A stretch of 64,000 nucleotides of DNA from Asterionella formosa (Eukaryota). A program made the translations under genes and the position numbers. The stretch is from assembly GCA_002256025.1 (NCBI GenBank), contig NKIB01010603.1, forward strand, positions 1 to 64,000. Reading direction: 5' to 3'. Below the pieces are notes generated by a model that saw only the letters and a program-made list of their open reading frames with translations, had not been told where the DNA came from and did not search any database. Shown here piece after piece: positions 49,273 to 60,624 of the stretch (within the stretch, counting starts at the first letter, position 1; every line of letters starts with the position of its first letter).

Positions 49273-49797
49273 ATGAACAGGGAGCATCAATTGATCGCAA
49301 TTGTTAATGGAGCAACGACAATACTCAACGAACAGTGGACATGGAGGAGTCTATCATCGCCATTCAACCCATACGTGCGTGCCATCAAGGATATGGTTCC
49401 GCGTCCTGGACAGGTCGCTAATACCTTTAGCAAAGGATTTATCAGCATCAATTACCTCCCTCGCGTAAATCAAAGCGTCACATATCCTTCCCCCAAAATT
49501 TTGGGAAAGCATATTCGGAAGACCACCCAGCAAGTGGGGACGATGCTCTCGATGGGAAGACTCGGTGCAGCATGCTTGAACCGTCAGGTTGCGTACCCCA
49601 CAGCACTAGACGACTTTCTGAACCCTTCCATGGAGGTAGTGAGCAGTGCCAGCCTTGACAGCAATCTGAAGAGCTGCTTTTCCATGAACCAAAAGAAGCC
49701 ACGCAGCGGCCGTCGTTGCAGCGACACCGTTGGAAACGACGATGATGAGACGTACAGCACTTTTGGTTGGACCGTCAAAACGGACGGGTTTCGTTGA
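49273..49797 (+). CDS. Hypothetical protein, possibly a pseudogene extending to ~50190
   Basis: 174-aa ORF with coding-like GC content. Coding-like sequence continues downstream in other frames. Confidence 0.35.
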   Translation: MNREHQLIAIVNGATTILNEQWTWRSLSSPFNPYVRAIKDMVPRPGQVANTFSKGFISINYLPRVNQSVTYPSPKILGKHIRKTTQQVGTMLSMGRLGAACLNRQVAYPTALDDFLNPSMEVVSSASLDSNLKSCFSMNQKKPRSGRRCSDTVGNDDDETYSTFGWTVKTDGFR

Positions 49798-50785
49798 CGA
49801 CGACGCAGATCTACAGGCCGATTGCGTCACGATAAGGACGCCTTTCATGAAGCGTAATTTCCGCATCGCAATGCTAATGCGAAGCACCTGAAGAGCAGCA
49901 TGAAGCGTGACTCTCCAGTGCCTATAACGATACAAATGGTGACAAAGAAGCCCCTGAAAAAGGTTGCCCGAAAACAGGAGGATTCTGAGAAGATTTCCGA
50001 AAAGGAAGGATATGAAAATGAATCATGGCATGGTACTACTCGTGTTCCTAAAGGCATGGTGGCTCAATTTAATATCGAGAGTGGAGATGTCTAACTCTTG
50101 CATGTTGACCCAATCATTCCAAGCCAAGAATCGAGATGTAAGCCTTCACTATGTACTCAACTTTATATCCCGAAGACAGTCACTGCTTTGACGTCTCCTA
50201 AATCATATACCGAGCTTGATATGCAATATGTAAGTTTGCCATTATTGACTTCTAGTACATGAGATATTTGTATGTTTCATTATCACCGACTACTTTTTTC
50301 ACTGGATAACAACGTAAAATTTTCTATTCATTACTTATCAAATAATTTTCAGATTGTGCCTCACACCATTATGGTCCCCTATAGCAATCTTTGTTTCATT
50401 CTTAATTAGATGCATTGATATGACGCTTGGACCGACAAAGAAATTTCAAATGACTGAGACTTTGGTTGTCTGAACTTTCTGTTGGTCCCATGTTGATAAT
50501 CAATGGAACACAAGAAAATCAACTTATCAGTATCATTGTTGCAACAAAGTCCACTTAGATTTAGCTTGACATCTTGGTTTTCAAATACTTACTTGATATG
50601 CTTGGATTTCTCACCTGCATCATCATTTAGTCCTGTGGCCAATGCCAGCATGTTTAGTGGGAAATGCTTCAATGGTACTGCAGATGTTACATTTCTGCGC
50701 AATAAAATAGCTACAAGAAATGGTGGACCAAGAGAATTGACAAGGAAGAATATCCCTTCCAAATGAGTATGAAAAGTTTATTAGC

Positions 50786-51260
50786 ATGACACTGTCAAGA
50801 ACCAAGCACATTGATATTAAATATCATCATGTGCAGGACATAATTGTAGTTGAAGAGTTGAAGATCATTTTTATAAGGTCAGAAAATAACCCAGTGGTCA
50901 TTTTGACCAAGGACATCCAGGGAGAGATTCATGGGAGATTGTCCAAACATGTCTTGGGAAGAACAATATTCAGGCTTCTTGGATGTGGCAATGGGGAGGG
51001 CATCAAGAATATCTATTCAAGTCACAAGGATTGTGGATTAAATTGTAGTCCAATTAGTCAAATTGTACATTGCCAAACCAATCAGCTGGCTATAATAAGA
51101 TTGGATATTGACAACTTCTCTGGGAGAAAAATTCCAGTCAGTGAACAGAATTTCGACAAGACTCAAAGAATTTTTATGTAATGCAAATGATGCAAGTGAT
51201 TCTTTAGCTTACTAATTTGAGAAATGTATTTGAGCTAATTTTTTATCATATTTTTCAACA
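50786..51260 (+). mobile_element. Copia 3' fragment: RNase H end, polypurine tract and LTR-like segment
   Basis: SRTKHIDIKYHHV...FIRSENNP..ILTK, then ggggaggg at ~50993-51000, then a segment ending in tcaaca that is similar to 20670-20720. Confidence 0.82.
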
Positions 51261-51748
51261 ATGTGACACATCATCATCATCATTTCGGAAAGGATCTCTA
51301 GCACAAGGTGAGCCGAGAAAAGTATGTCGTACTAAGTAGTGAGAACTACTTGCAAGTTAAAACCTAAATAAAGAATATGATCCACCCGAAACCTACGTTG
51401 TGTCTGAAGAGTAGATATTTTGTCGAGAAAGTCTCGAGAACCAGCACAAGAAAAGTAGAATGTGAAGGTACTGTATACAAAGCCTGAAAATCGCTAGTCA
51501 GCAATGCGCATCCGCTTCCTAAAATAAAGTTACACCATCATAGAGTTTTATGGCAACACAAGAATTGAAGAACTTTTTCTATTATGCAAATGGAAAGGAA
51601 TTCACAGAAGATAAATTCGATCTATTCATGTCGTCTTGTGTGTACTTTGACTTGAATTATTTTTTTGATCTATTAAATGAAGAAATAACTCTATACAATA
51701 CATAGTAAATCCAAAAGAGAATCCATCACCAGCCTTGGTTAATTGAAA

Positions 51749-54034
51749 TTACAGACAGTCAGCGCAACAATCTTCAATTTTGCAATTGTCGCAGCCCGCA
51801 TAGACCTTGGCCTGATTGTCACAAACTTCTTGAGGAATGCCCCCGCCGTTGAACGCGTTCCCGCTAAGGGTTAAGTATCCCAAATTTGTCAATGCGCCAA
51901 TCTCAGATGGAATTGAGCCAGTCATATTGTTCCCGTCAAATTGGGCAATGTAGAGATCTTCAAGCTGTCCTATTCTTGTCGAAATAGTCCCCGTCAGGTG
52001 ATTTGAATCCAAGTCCAGAGCCCAGATATATTGCAAGTCGTAAAGCCCCTCTGGAATAGTGCCAACCAATTTATTGTGGTCCAAATCCAAGTACTTCAGA
52101 GCTGCCAATTTCACAATCGATTCTGGAAGGGTTCCTGTCAATTCATTTTCTTCCATGGTCAAGTCATACAAGTTTTCTAACAGGCCGATCTCAGGAGGAA
52201 TTGGTCCTTGCAGGTTGTTGCTTTTAAGGGAGATTTTCGCAACGTGGTTTGTTGAATCACATTCAATTCCACCCCAATCGCATTCGCTAACAGCGCTTAA
52301 AAAAGGTTGACCGTCACAGGGAGTGTTTTGATTCCTTGTGCATGTCAACCATCCATCACCATTGGTTGCAAAATAAATAACAGCCAATACATATCGTTGA
52401 ATGAGGTTGTGATTGTCAGGACAAATATGGCGACGATCGTCGTAAACTAACCAATTGAGTGCCTTGATTTGGCTGCTATTGAGCAGCGTCCATGAGGTGG
52501 GATCTACCACCTTCATGAGCATAAGAACAAATCCAGTCTTGCGTTCATCGAAGGTCCAATTTTTGCAACCCCCAGTAGGAGCAGTTGATGAAGGGAGAGC
52601 AGTTGGCACCATCACAGGAGCTGCGGTAGCTGGGCTTTCTGTCATCTTTACTGGACTCTCTGTCGTCGTTACTGGACTCTCTGTCATCGTTACTGGGCTC
52701 TCTGTCATTGTAAATGGACTCTATGTCACTGGACTCTCTGTCATTGTCACTGGACTCTCTGTCATTGTCACTGGACTCTCTGTCATTGTCACTGGACTCT
52801 CTGTCGTCGTTACTGGACTCTCTGTCATTATCACTGGACTCTCTGTCATTATAATTGGACTCTCTGTCACTGGACTACCGGTATCGGGAAAAGGAGTTGG
52901 TAGGTTCTCAATTCCATTGATGGTGGGTTTCAGTCCTTGTTCTAACGTCGTAGGAGATGTAGTAGGTGTCGCATCTGTCACTGGACTGTCGGTTTCAGAA
53001 AGAGAAGTTGGTAGGTTCCCTATTTCATCCATGGTTGGTTCCAAGCCTTGTTCCAAAGTCGTAGGAGAGTGAGTAATTGTATCAATGGGCCCAGTAGGAA
53101 TCAAAGGAGCAATTGAAACAATGAGTTGAGGCGACAAAGACACTGGCCTCTCGGGTGTAGTAGGCATGACAGGAGTTCGGAAAGTAGGAGCGACAGTTCC
53201 CTCAGATGAGAGAGGAGCAGCCGTAAGTGGGGCTTTCGCTACCGGAAAGGATGTCACTGGAGCAATGGTTGATGGTGGCAGAGTAGAACCAGAGCTCGGG
53301 GTATTCGAAATAGTTATGCTTGGAGGAGGCGTCTGAGCATGTGAGGTCGGTTGGAAAGACGGCATCGTGAAAACTGGAAACTTTGTTGTAGGGGCTCGAG
53401 AAATCGGAGTAGCAGTTGCTGGGGATATGGGAATAGGTGCAGTTGTGACTGGAGAAGCCACAGGTGTAAGTACCGGCGCCAAGCTTACAGGCGTAGCTGG
53501 CAATGGATTCAAAGTAGGAGGGGAAATTGGCGGGCCAACAGGAGCTGGTTCCAACGAGCTGAAAGGAAAAAGCTGGATCGTAGGAGCAGGAGTAGCAGGA
53601 GTGATTGTTGTTGGTGTCTCAACAGGGACCATAGTGGTAGGTGCCTCTGTTGATGATACTGTTGGGGCAGAGGAGGAAACAGAGACGGGGGCCACTGGTG
53701 AATTTGGTGGTTCGCTTTTCACCGTTGTAGGTGACGCCTCAGTTGGAGATACCGTCGGGGCATCGCTTTTTGACTCAGCTGGTGCTACCGTTGGTCCTTG
53801 CGAGGAAGGGGGAGGGATTGGTGTCGATATGTTACCGCATCGCATCCCCCCAACCCCGTCGCTTTCAAAATGAAGGTATTGCAGTACGTCGTCCCCCTGA
53901 TTTGAGGTAGTCAACGAGTCCTTTGAGAATGATAAATGGCACGGATGGCCCACCTCGTTTGTTGTGTCGTTCGAAGGATCGGCAGATGTCGCCGCCAACA
54001 AGGAAGAAAGCGAAAGCAGAAGAATAATCCTCAT
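51749..54034 (-). CDS. Secreted mucin-like (P/T/S-rich) leucine-rich repeat protein, interrupted by an in-frame TAG at 52723-52721
   Basis: Signal peptide MRIILLLSLSSLLAA, P/T/S stalk, QIKALNWL...IQRYVLAVIYFATNGDGW...ECDWGGIEC cap and plant-type LRRs (NNLQGPIPPEIGLL). The two ORFs are in the same frame. Confidence 0.8.
52630..52880. repeat. 21-bp coding minisatellite encoding (M/T)TESPV(T/I)
   Basis: Repeated actggactctctgtcattgtc units. Confidence 0.95.
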
Positions 54035-55216
54035 GGTGTTCTGGTACTTTTGGGATTGCGCCTTTATAACTTTCTTTTTTCCTCTTCGTCTCTTTGATGG
54101 TCCTTTTGTGTGTTTTTGCAAACAGTCAAAAATGCGATAATGTGGTGATGTCAACCGTAATAAAACACCATTACCGGTATATTGCGTTGTATATGTCGTG
54201 GATCTAATATATAGTAATGAATATACCCGGTATATTACAATTCATATGCATACGTCGCGCCGGAGGACCGAGTTTTCGGTTTGGTTTCTCGCCTGGCAGT
54301 TTTGCATCGATGGTCATCGGCAAGCTCGTTTCTCAAGAAATAGAGCACTAAATTACTCGCAGGGTAGGGAGTCACATGCAAATAAAAGTATCTTAACACG
54401 TTGCATGCCCCTCTCTATTACCGGTAAGCCATTAACGATCATTATATTGCTATACCCACAGTAAATAGTATACTATATACCATGTACACTATCTTACCAG
54501 GTACCAGGTATTCGGAGTACGGTATGGTGGACACACATTCGACTACCGTTACCTAGTACCTCATTACCAGGTATCAGGTACCAGGTACCTGGTACCTGGT
54601 ACCAGGTACTCCGGAGTACGGTAGTTTTTGTACTCAATAGTATGATCAAATACCGGTATACCGGTACATACATGATGAGGATCCATACAACCGCCAGGGA
54701 GGGAACCAAGATGCATTCCGGTACCAGTACATACCGGCATTGTTTGGATAACAAATTGGTACATGGAGTACAGGAACGGGTATACGAACCTTCAGAATGG
54801 GTACCCGTTGGTACAGCCAAGTTCTTGGCCCACGGAGTTCATAGAACCTACATATAAAATTATCCTGTGATTATTATACCTGTCGTTACATAAAGAATCA
54901 TGTGTACCAGCGGTATCTAGAAGGAAACCCTGGTACCTGGTACAGTGAGGTAGCTACTGCACAATTATTGATGACCACCATCTGCTATGGTATCATTTAT
55001 GCAACATCATTGGCGACCATGATGAGAGTGGAGTAAAATTGTTTATTTGGATCACTTGCTTTCTCACAGGCTCGTCATCACTTCCCCCTACCTCTGCACT
55101 TTCAATGTATAGCAGAGTGTTTCATTTTGTCATGCGCAGTTTCGGAGTCACGAATGCCCTTGTAAAGTATAGAATCAAGTTAAGATACGGTCTCTGCACA
55201 GCTCAGACGTTTTCAA

Positions 55217-56101
55217 ATGTCATCCAGTCAACATCAAGCCACTACCACTGCGGATGATGGTGATGATGCGCTAGTATTATCTCAAACGACCACCATTGTT
55301 CGATGGCTGCCGTTGCAAGGGGTATGTTCATCTCGTAGAGCAGCCGCTGACTTGCTTGGAGATGGTAGGGTTTCTGTGAATGACAGCGTCGTGACAGAGC
55401 TTGGCTATCCCGTAGCTTCCACCGACTTGATCATGGTGGACAATGTATTGATTCCGCCACAACTCACTAAAGAGCCCTCCCATGTGCACATCATGATGAA
55501 TAAGGCACCAAATACTTTGTGCGGTCTCAACAATATGAGACAACTCCATGGTGGAGGCAAAGAAATTGACACTCGGAAAACAGTCCATGATGGGCTACAA
55601 GACCAATATCCCACCGTCCGGTGTTTGGGAAGATTGGACGTGGATACGACTGGCTTACTATTATTCACGTCAGATGGACTGCTCAATCATTCCTTGGTGC
55701 ATCCATTATATCATGTTCCCAAAGTATACCAATGCACCTTGCGAGACAGGCGGAGCCCATTGTCGCAAGAAGCCATTAATGTGCTCCAGACGGGATTCAA
55801 CTTACCTAATGGACATTACGTTTGTGGCAAGGCTTGGAATCATGAAACTGACATTGGAGTTGTTTTTCTCCAAATTACCAATGGTTACCAACATCAAGTC
55901 AAACACATGATGCGACATGTGAAACGACCGTTGGCCTTGCTACATCGATGCACCTTTGCTGGATTGCCTTTGGACGAGACGTTGGACGCCGGTACCTGGC
56001 GACACCTGACAGATGAGGAGGTACGGGAGTTGTATGAATTGGCACAAAATCGACGCAAGGCGGTATCGCTGACAAATGTCCCGGTATCCTCTCCCATATG
56101 A
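55217..56101 (+). CDS. RsuA/RluB-family pseudouridine synthase with S4 domain
   Basis: SSRRAAADLLGDGRVSVN (S4), MMNKAP, GRLDVDTTGLLLFTSDG, VPKVY and HQVKHM. Confidence 0.92.
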   Translation: MSSSQHQATTTADDGDDALVLSQTTTIVRWLPLQGVCSSRRAAADLLGDGRVSVNDSVVTELGYPVASTDLIMVDNVLIPPQLTKEPSHVHIMMNKAPNTLCGLNNMRQLHGGGKEIDTRKTVHDGLQDQYPTVRCLGRLDVDTTGLLLFTSDGLLNHSLVHPLYHVPKVYQCTLRDRRSPLSQEAINVLQTGFNLPNGHYVCGKAWNHETDIGVVFLQITNGYQHQVKHMMRHVKRPLALLHRCTFAGLPLDETLDAGTWRHLTDEEVRELYELAQNRRKAVSLTNVPVSSPI

Positions 56102-56145
56102 ATGGAGACTAGAATTTGAACAAACAGTAACCAATATAAACTAAT

Positions 56146-56640
56146 TCAATATCCTACTTGAACTGCTGCACATACAATCACCATGTCATCATTGGTGTCG
56201 CCCAGCTCCTTCAATACTCGACCACTAGGGGCTACTAGTCCACCATTGGTAACTTCCAAAGTGACTTTTCCAAAAGGAAAGACTTTTGCTACTTGTGCCA
56301 AATCCACTTGATTGTACTGTTCCGGTACTCCTAAAATAACGTGAACCTTCATTTCATCATAGCCACCTGGAATCATCCTTTGGATGGAAATGGAATTGAA
56401 TTCAATAGCGTTGCGACATGCTTTCATGGCAGCCTTGGTAGCATTCTGACCATGTGAGTCGTTCCCAAACCCACATTCGACCAAGAGGACATTAGGGATG
56501 TTGTTCCATATTTTGGTAAATGATGATGGGCGGCGTAGTAACGTCCGATACCGATGGCCATTCGGACGAAAGGCATGCAATGTCGAAGGAACAACAAATG
56601 ATAAAAGGAAGAGCACGATGATGGAGCAAGGAGACCGCAT
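56146..56640 (-). CDS. Lin0512-family protein, probably plastid-targeted
   Basis: Signal peptide ending LHA-F, then VECGFGNDSHGQNATKAAMKACRNAIEFNS...LGVP...VFPFG...GGL. Confidence 0.8.
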   Translation of the reverse strand: MRSPCSIIVLFLLSFVVPSTLHAFRPNGHRYRTLLRRPSSFTKIWNNIPNVLLVECGFGNDSHGQNATKAAMKACRNAIEFNSISIQRMIPGGYDEMKVHVILGVPEQYNQVDLAQVAKVFPFGKVTLEVTNGGLVAPSGRVLKELGDTNDDMVIVCAAVQVGY

Positions 56641-57314
56641 TCTTGTCAATAGGATTTTTTTTGATCACCGGTAGGATGATACTTGACTTGCTTGAAAATA
56701 ATAATAATAATAATAAAGGGTATCATACATAATACCGGTACCAGTACCGGATACTCATATGTACATGCCATATGTCTCCGACGTGCTTTCAACAATTCAG
56801 TACGCACAGCAGTACCAGGTACCAGGCTAAATAGGTCTAGCTACCTGGTACCGGAAATGCAGCCGTTTTTAGCAGTGCATGCATCAGCCAATATTGCTTG
56901 CTTTGCTACTGGTACCAGGTACAAGGTACTGGATGACCTTGGCTGGGCGCGACCCGACTGGGTCAAAATTACACTTTTTATTCTACTCACTTACCGGTAC
57001 GTGTTGATGGATAGACAGGAAAGTCGTATTTTTATACATCATAGATTTCTCAAAAGTCAAACTCGTTGACGAAAGTCGTCCACCATAACTCGATTGACTG
57101 GATCGGAGGATGGATCGCAACACGATGTGGTATGCTACCATATATATTGAGTCGGTACAGGATGAGAAACTGATTCCCCGGTGGCATCTGTCGAGTTTTC
57201 TCTTTCGCTGGAAATGGATGTCAACAAACGAACACGCTCAATGAACGCGACGAAATAGATATCAAACCATAAAACGATCAGCTGAGCCCTCTTCACTCAT
57301 TAATTTTCTACACC

Positions 57315-58739
57315 ATGGCTCATCGACATATTGTTGCTTCGCACCCAACGACTGCCTGCAGCAGCTCGTGCCAATCACCTCGACCTCTAAAGCATCTCGA
57401 GTACTCGAATCAGAATCCATTGAAGCGCAAGTCAGTAACTGTCTCTCAAGCCATTGCTCTTGCGGCTGCGGCTGCATCCGTCGCTGTCATTATCACTGCG
57501 CTTGCAGCAACTTACTTCCTTTCTGGCCCATGGTTATCGCCTGTTGTTTTCTCAACGACTAGCAGCAACAGCTTTGTCTCGACCACAACAAGGTCGACGG
57601 CTTATGCTAGAGAGCATATGATGGACACTCTCTTGCAAAATTCCTTGCGTGTCAGAAATATGAAGCCATATGTTTCCACTGAAGGAAATTTGCCTGGTTC
57701 TCATATTAAGGACAACAATGCTGATGGCGCTTTGTTGGTACATGTGCAGTCTGGTGACCTTATTCAGTCCCAACCTGCCGTGGCAGGTACCGTGGACAAT
57801 GATGGTGTTAGGCCAATGGTGGCTTGGCTAATGTCCTTTCCAAACTCTGGAACATCTTACACTCTTCATTTGACGAGAGAGGCTACCAATACAACCACTG
57901 CAACCAATTATGCATTGGAAGGAGATTTCAGGGACCGTCCCAGCGTTCCTATTCACGACCAGGCAGCGACCGCTGGCCCGTTTCTCGAACTCACTCGAGA
58001 TCGTATTACGACTATTCCAAACAGATTTATTTTGACAAAGACACATTGTGGTGGATACTGCTCGACTTGTCACGATCCCCGCAATTATATTGAAACCCCT
58101 CGCTCCTTCCAGATGTCCTGTCAAACTGGCACAAAGTCTGTAATGGAGCCTAATGGGACCCTCAAAGTTTCTGTTGTGACATACGACGCTAGTTTGGTCA
58201 AGAAGGCAGTCCATGTCATTCGAAATCCCTTGGACAATGTTGTCGCGCGCTTTCATTTGGACTGGAGAAATTTTCAAAAAAGAGATCCTGATCTGATTGT
58301 CAAGTTCCCATCAGACAAGGCCGGCTTCAACAAGTGGTGCACCGATATGGACAGGGTCAAGAAAAGCACCATTTACCCCGAATTTACCAACTTGCGCTGG
58401 GTGGATCGAAAACTTGTCAACCTATTGGAAGGTGTTCCCTGCAAAGCCGAGTTTTATCGCTATGTTCAGTGGCATAACTTGGCCTTTAGCGTCAGTCGGG
58501 ACATGGGGATTCCTACACTCATTGTTCATTATCAAGATTATCGGGACGATTGGGACAACACGGTATCTCGATTGCTCAACTTTTTGGAGCTTGATAGAAA
58601 TGGTGCAGGGGAACCATTTGACCACGGAAAGGAGTATCGCGATTATTACACTCTCGAACAACGAGCTGCGATCAAGGCTTTCATCCAAGGGTACTCCACG
58701 AAAGTGACTTGGGAGAACGTGAAAGACTATGAATACTAA
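57315..58739 (+). CDS. Type II membrane sulfotransferase-like protein
   Basis: N-terminal TM helix, 5'-PSB loop WLMSFPNSGTSY, LTKTHC, 3'-PB motif VIRNPLDNVVARF and LIVHYQD. Confidence 0.82.
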   Translation: MAHRHIVASHPTTACSSSCQSPRPLKHLEYSNQNPLKRKSVTVSQAIALAAAAASVAVIITALAATYFLSGPWLSPVVFSTTSSNSFVSTTTRSTAYAREHMMDTLLQNSLRVRNMKPYVSTEGNLPGSHIKDNNADGALLVHVQSGDLIQSQPAVAGTVDNDGVRPMVAWLMSFPNSGTSYTLHLTREATNTTTATNYALEGDFRDRPSVPIHDQAATAGPFLELTRDRITTIPNRFILTKTHCGGYCSTCHDPRNYIETPRSFQMSCQTGTKSVMEPNGTLKVSVVTYDASLVKKAVHVIRNPLDNVVARFHLDWRNFQKRDPDLIVKFPSDKAGFNKWCTDMDRVKKSTIYPEFTNLRWVDRKLVNLLEGVPCKAEFYRYVQWHNLAFSVSRDMGIPTLIVHYQDYRDDWDNTVSRLLNFLELDRNGAGEPFDHGKEYRDYYTLEQRAAIKAFIQGYSTKVTWENVKDYEY

Positions 58740-59640
58740 CTTTTGATTCGTAGACTTCGACTCGTCCATGTGTGTATGTGTGTGCTGGTGTATTTAATAT
58801 ATATTGTAATAAGATTATTAACTTTTTGATTTTCATCAGAACGTGCCCTTGTCCTTGATATAGTCTTACAACAGCAGTAGCTATTGGCAGTTTACATGGA
58901 AGGAGGTCGATAGGAAGGAATTCTAGAATTAGTGTATCTTTATATTGAAATAAAAACAAGTAAATGCAATCAAACCAGATCTTATTATTAGTTCTAAACA
59001 TGATTTTGCTCCTCTGATGATTCCGCCATCAGCATTGGATGACTCTCAATCAATACATAGTACCAGGTAGTCGACTGTAAGGCCCCTAAGCGAGAAGTAG
59101 ATATACAATTTTGGTATTTCCATGGAACTCCCCTACCGGTAGTAGTCTATTCCTGTTGGCAACTCCAACTAATATTATATTGGATATGATAGACATTGCT
59201 AGCAGAATTGAGTCTCCTATGCCTGGACAGATACTACGTATGATTCCACAATTCTTTTACCCAGTTGTTTAGTTTCATTGCATGCTGTGTCAAGAGAGAC
59301 TGATGGTAAGCATTACTAAAATCATCGAAACCCAAATTTTGGTAACAAAGAATCCTAGTCAACCAATGCTCTAACATGCTAGGGTTGTTCATGTGCACTA
59401 TCGTAGAAAGTGGTCGGCGAGAATGCGACGATGCACCATGTGATTGCATGGGATTCCAGTTTTTTAGCATCAAAATTATTGCTCTAACTTATGGTGCCTT
59501 ATAGGTCCCGTCTTCAATACGAACGCTGTAATAGCGAACGATTGATTTTAATAAAGCTTGAATCAAGTCCAATCCAAGATATCGTGACGTTCATAAATAA
59601 GCAATGAACATTCCCCCGCAAAATGAATCAACGGCATTTT

Positions 59641-59916
59641 TTACTCTTCGGCAGGGGCAGCGGCCATAGGAGCAGCAGCCACAGGAGCGTCATCAAGAAG
59701 ACCAGAATCATCCGATCCCATCTCCTTGTCCAGAAACTCGAGAATCACTTGGCGTGTCAACTCCAAATCTTCTTCTTTCGACTTGGCTGGCCCACCTCCT
59801 ACACTTACCACCCCAAAGCGTGCTGTAGCGAAGGCAGGTCTAGCAGACATACCAGAAGGAGTAAACGCAGCGGAAATGGCTGGGATGGCAAGGTGGAGGA
59901 CTGTAGCAAGCTTCAT
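59641..59916 (-). CDS. Small plastid-targeted protein of unknown function
   Basis: Bipartite presequence MKLATVLHLAIPAISAA-FTPS. Mature part GGGPAKSKEEDLELTRQVILEFLD with an Ala/acidic tail. Confidence 0.75.
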   Translation of the reverse strand: MKLATVLHLAIPAISAAFTPSGMSARPAFATARFGVVSVGGGPAKSKEEDLELTRQVILEFLDKEMGSDDSGLLDDAPVAAAPMAAAPAEE

Positions 59917-60624
59917 GATTAGGATAGTTTGTCAATAACGGAATCTATACCAATGTTAATGCGATGTTGCCTTTCTTGATTCGTTTGGATCTGCGGTCAT
60001 GGTGGTATCGTACTGCCATCTACGTGATAAACACGTACAATGAAAAGCTCGTTGTTCTCGTCGTTTGGGTCTTCTCATGATCTCGGTTCCTCGTGCGTTT
60101 TTACCTATATAGCGAGCAGCTTGTGGTACGTCAGTGAACAGACCAACTATAGGAAGGCGGAAACCTATGAACAAAAAATCGGTAGAAAGATCAATATCTG
60201 AACGACAAACAGACAAGAAATAGGAACAACACCAAGAAGCGCGAGCAACTGAAGGTTGTGTAGTAGCACAAGCACCATTTCCCCAGGGTTGAAGCAAGAA
60301 CATAAGGCAGCAGGCAGCGCCCAGACGGGGCAGCAAAATGGTTGGGAGCGCAGCCTCATACGTTTCACATAGCAAGCAAATTGACACCATAAAATCCGGG
60401 TTTTCATGTTCGCATTATCGTCAATCTTGCTCGTGCATCGTAATGTCCATAACGGTAAAGGGTATCTGGTACCACCAGGTACTCCCTCTGTCTAACGGTA
60501 GTAACAGTCGCACCGATTCGCCGGCACCACCAGTGTCTTTTTTGTTCGCACATTAAGGATTATGTAGCCAACACAGAGAATTTCTACGTGAGAGTCGGCT
60601 TACTCGAAAAAATGCGTTTTTAAT

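Noticed and set aside
52455..53873. Hydrophobic plus-strand ORFs (VTGLSVI repeats)
   Set aside because: Antisense shadows of the mucin-LRR gene.
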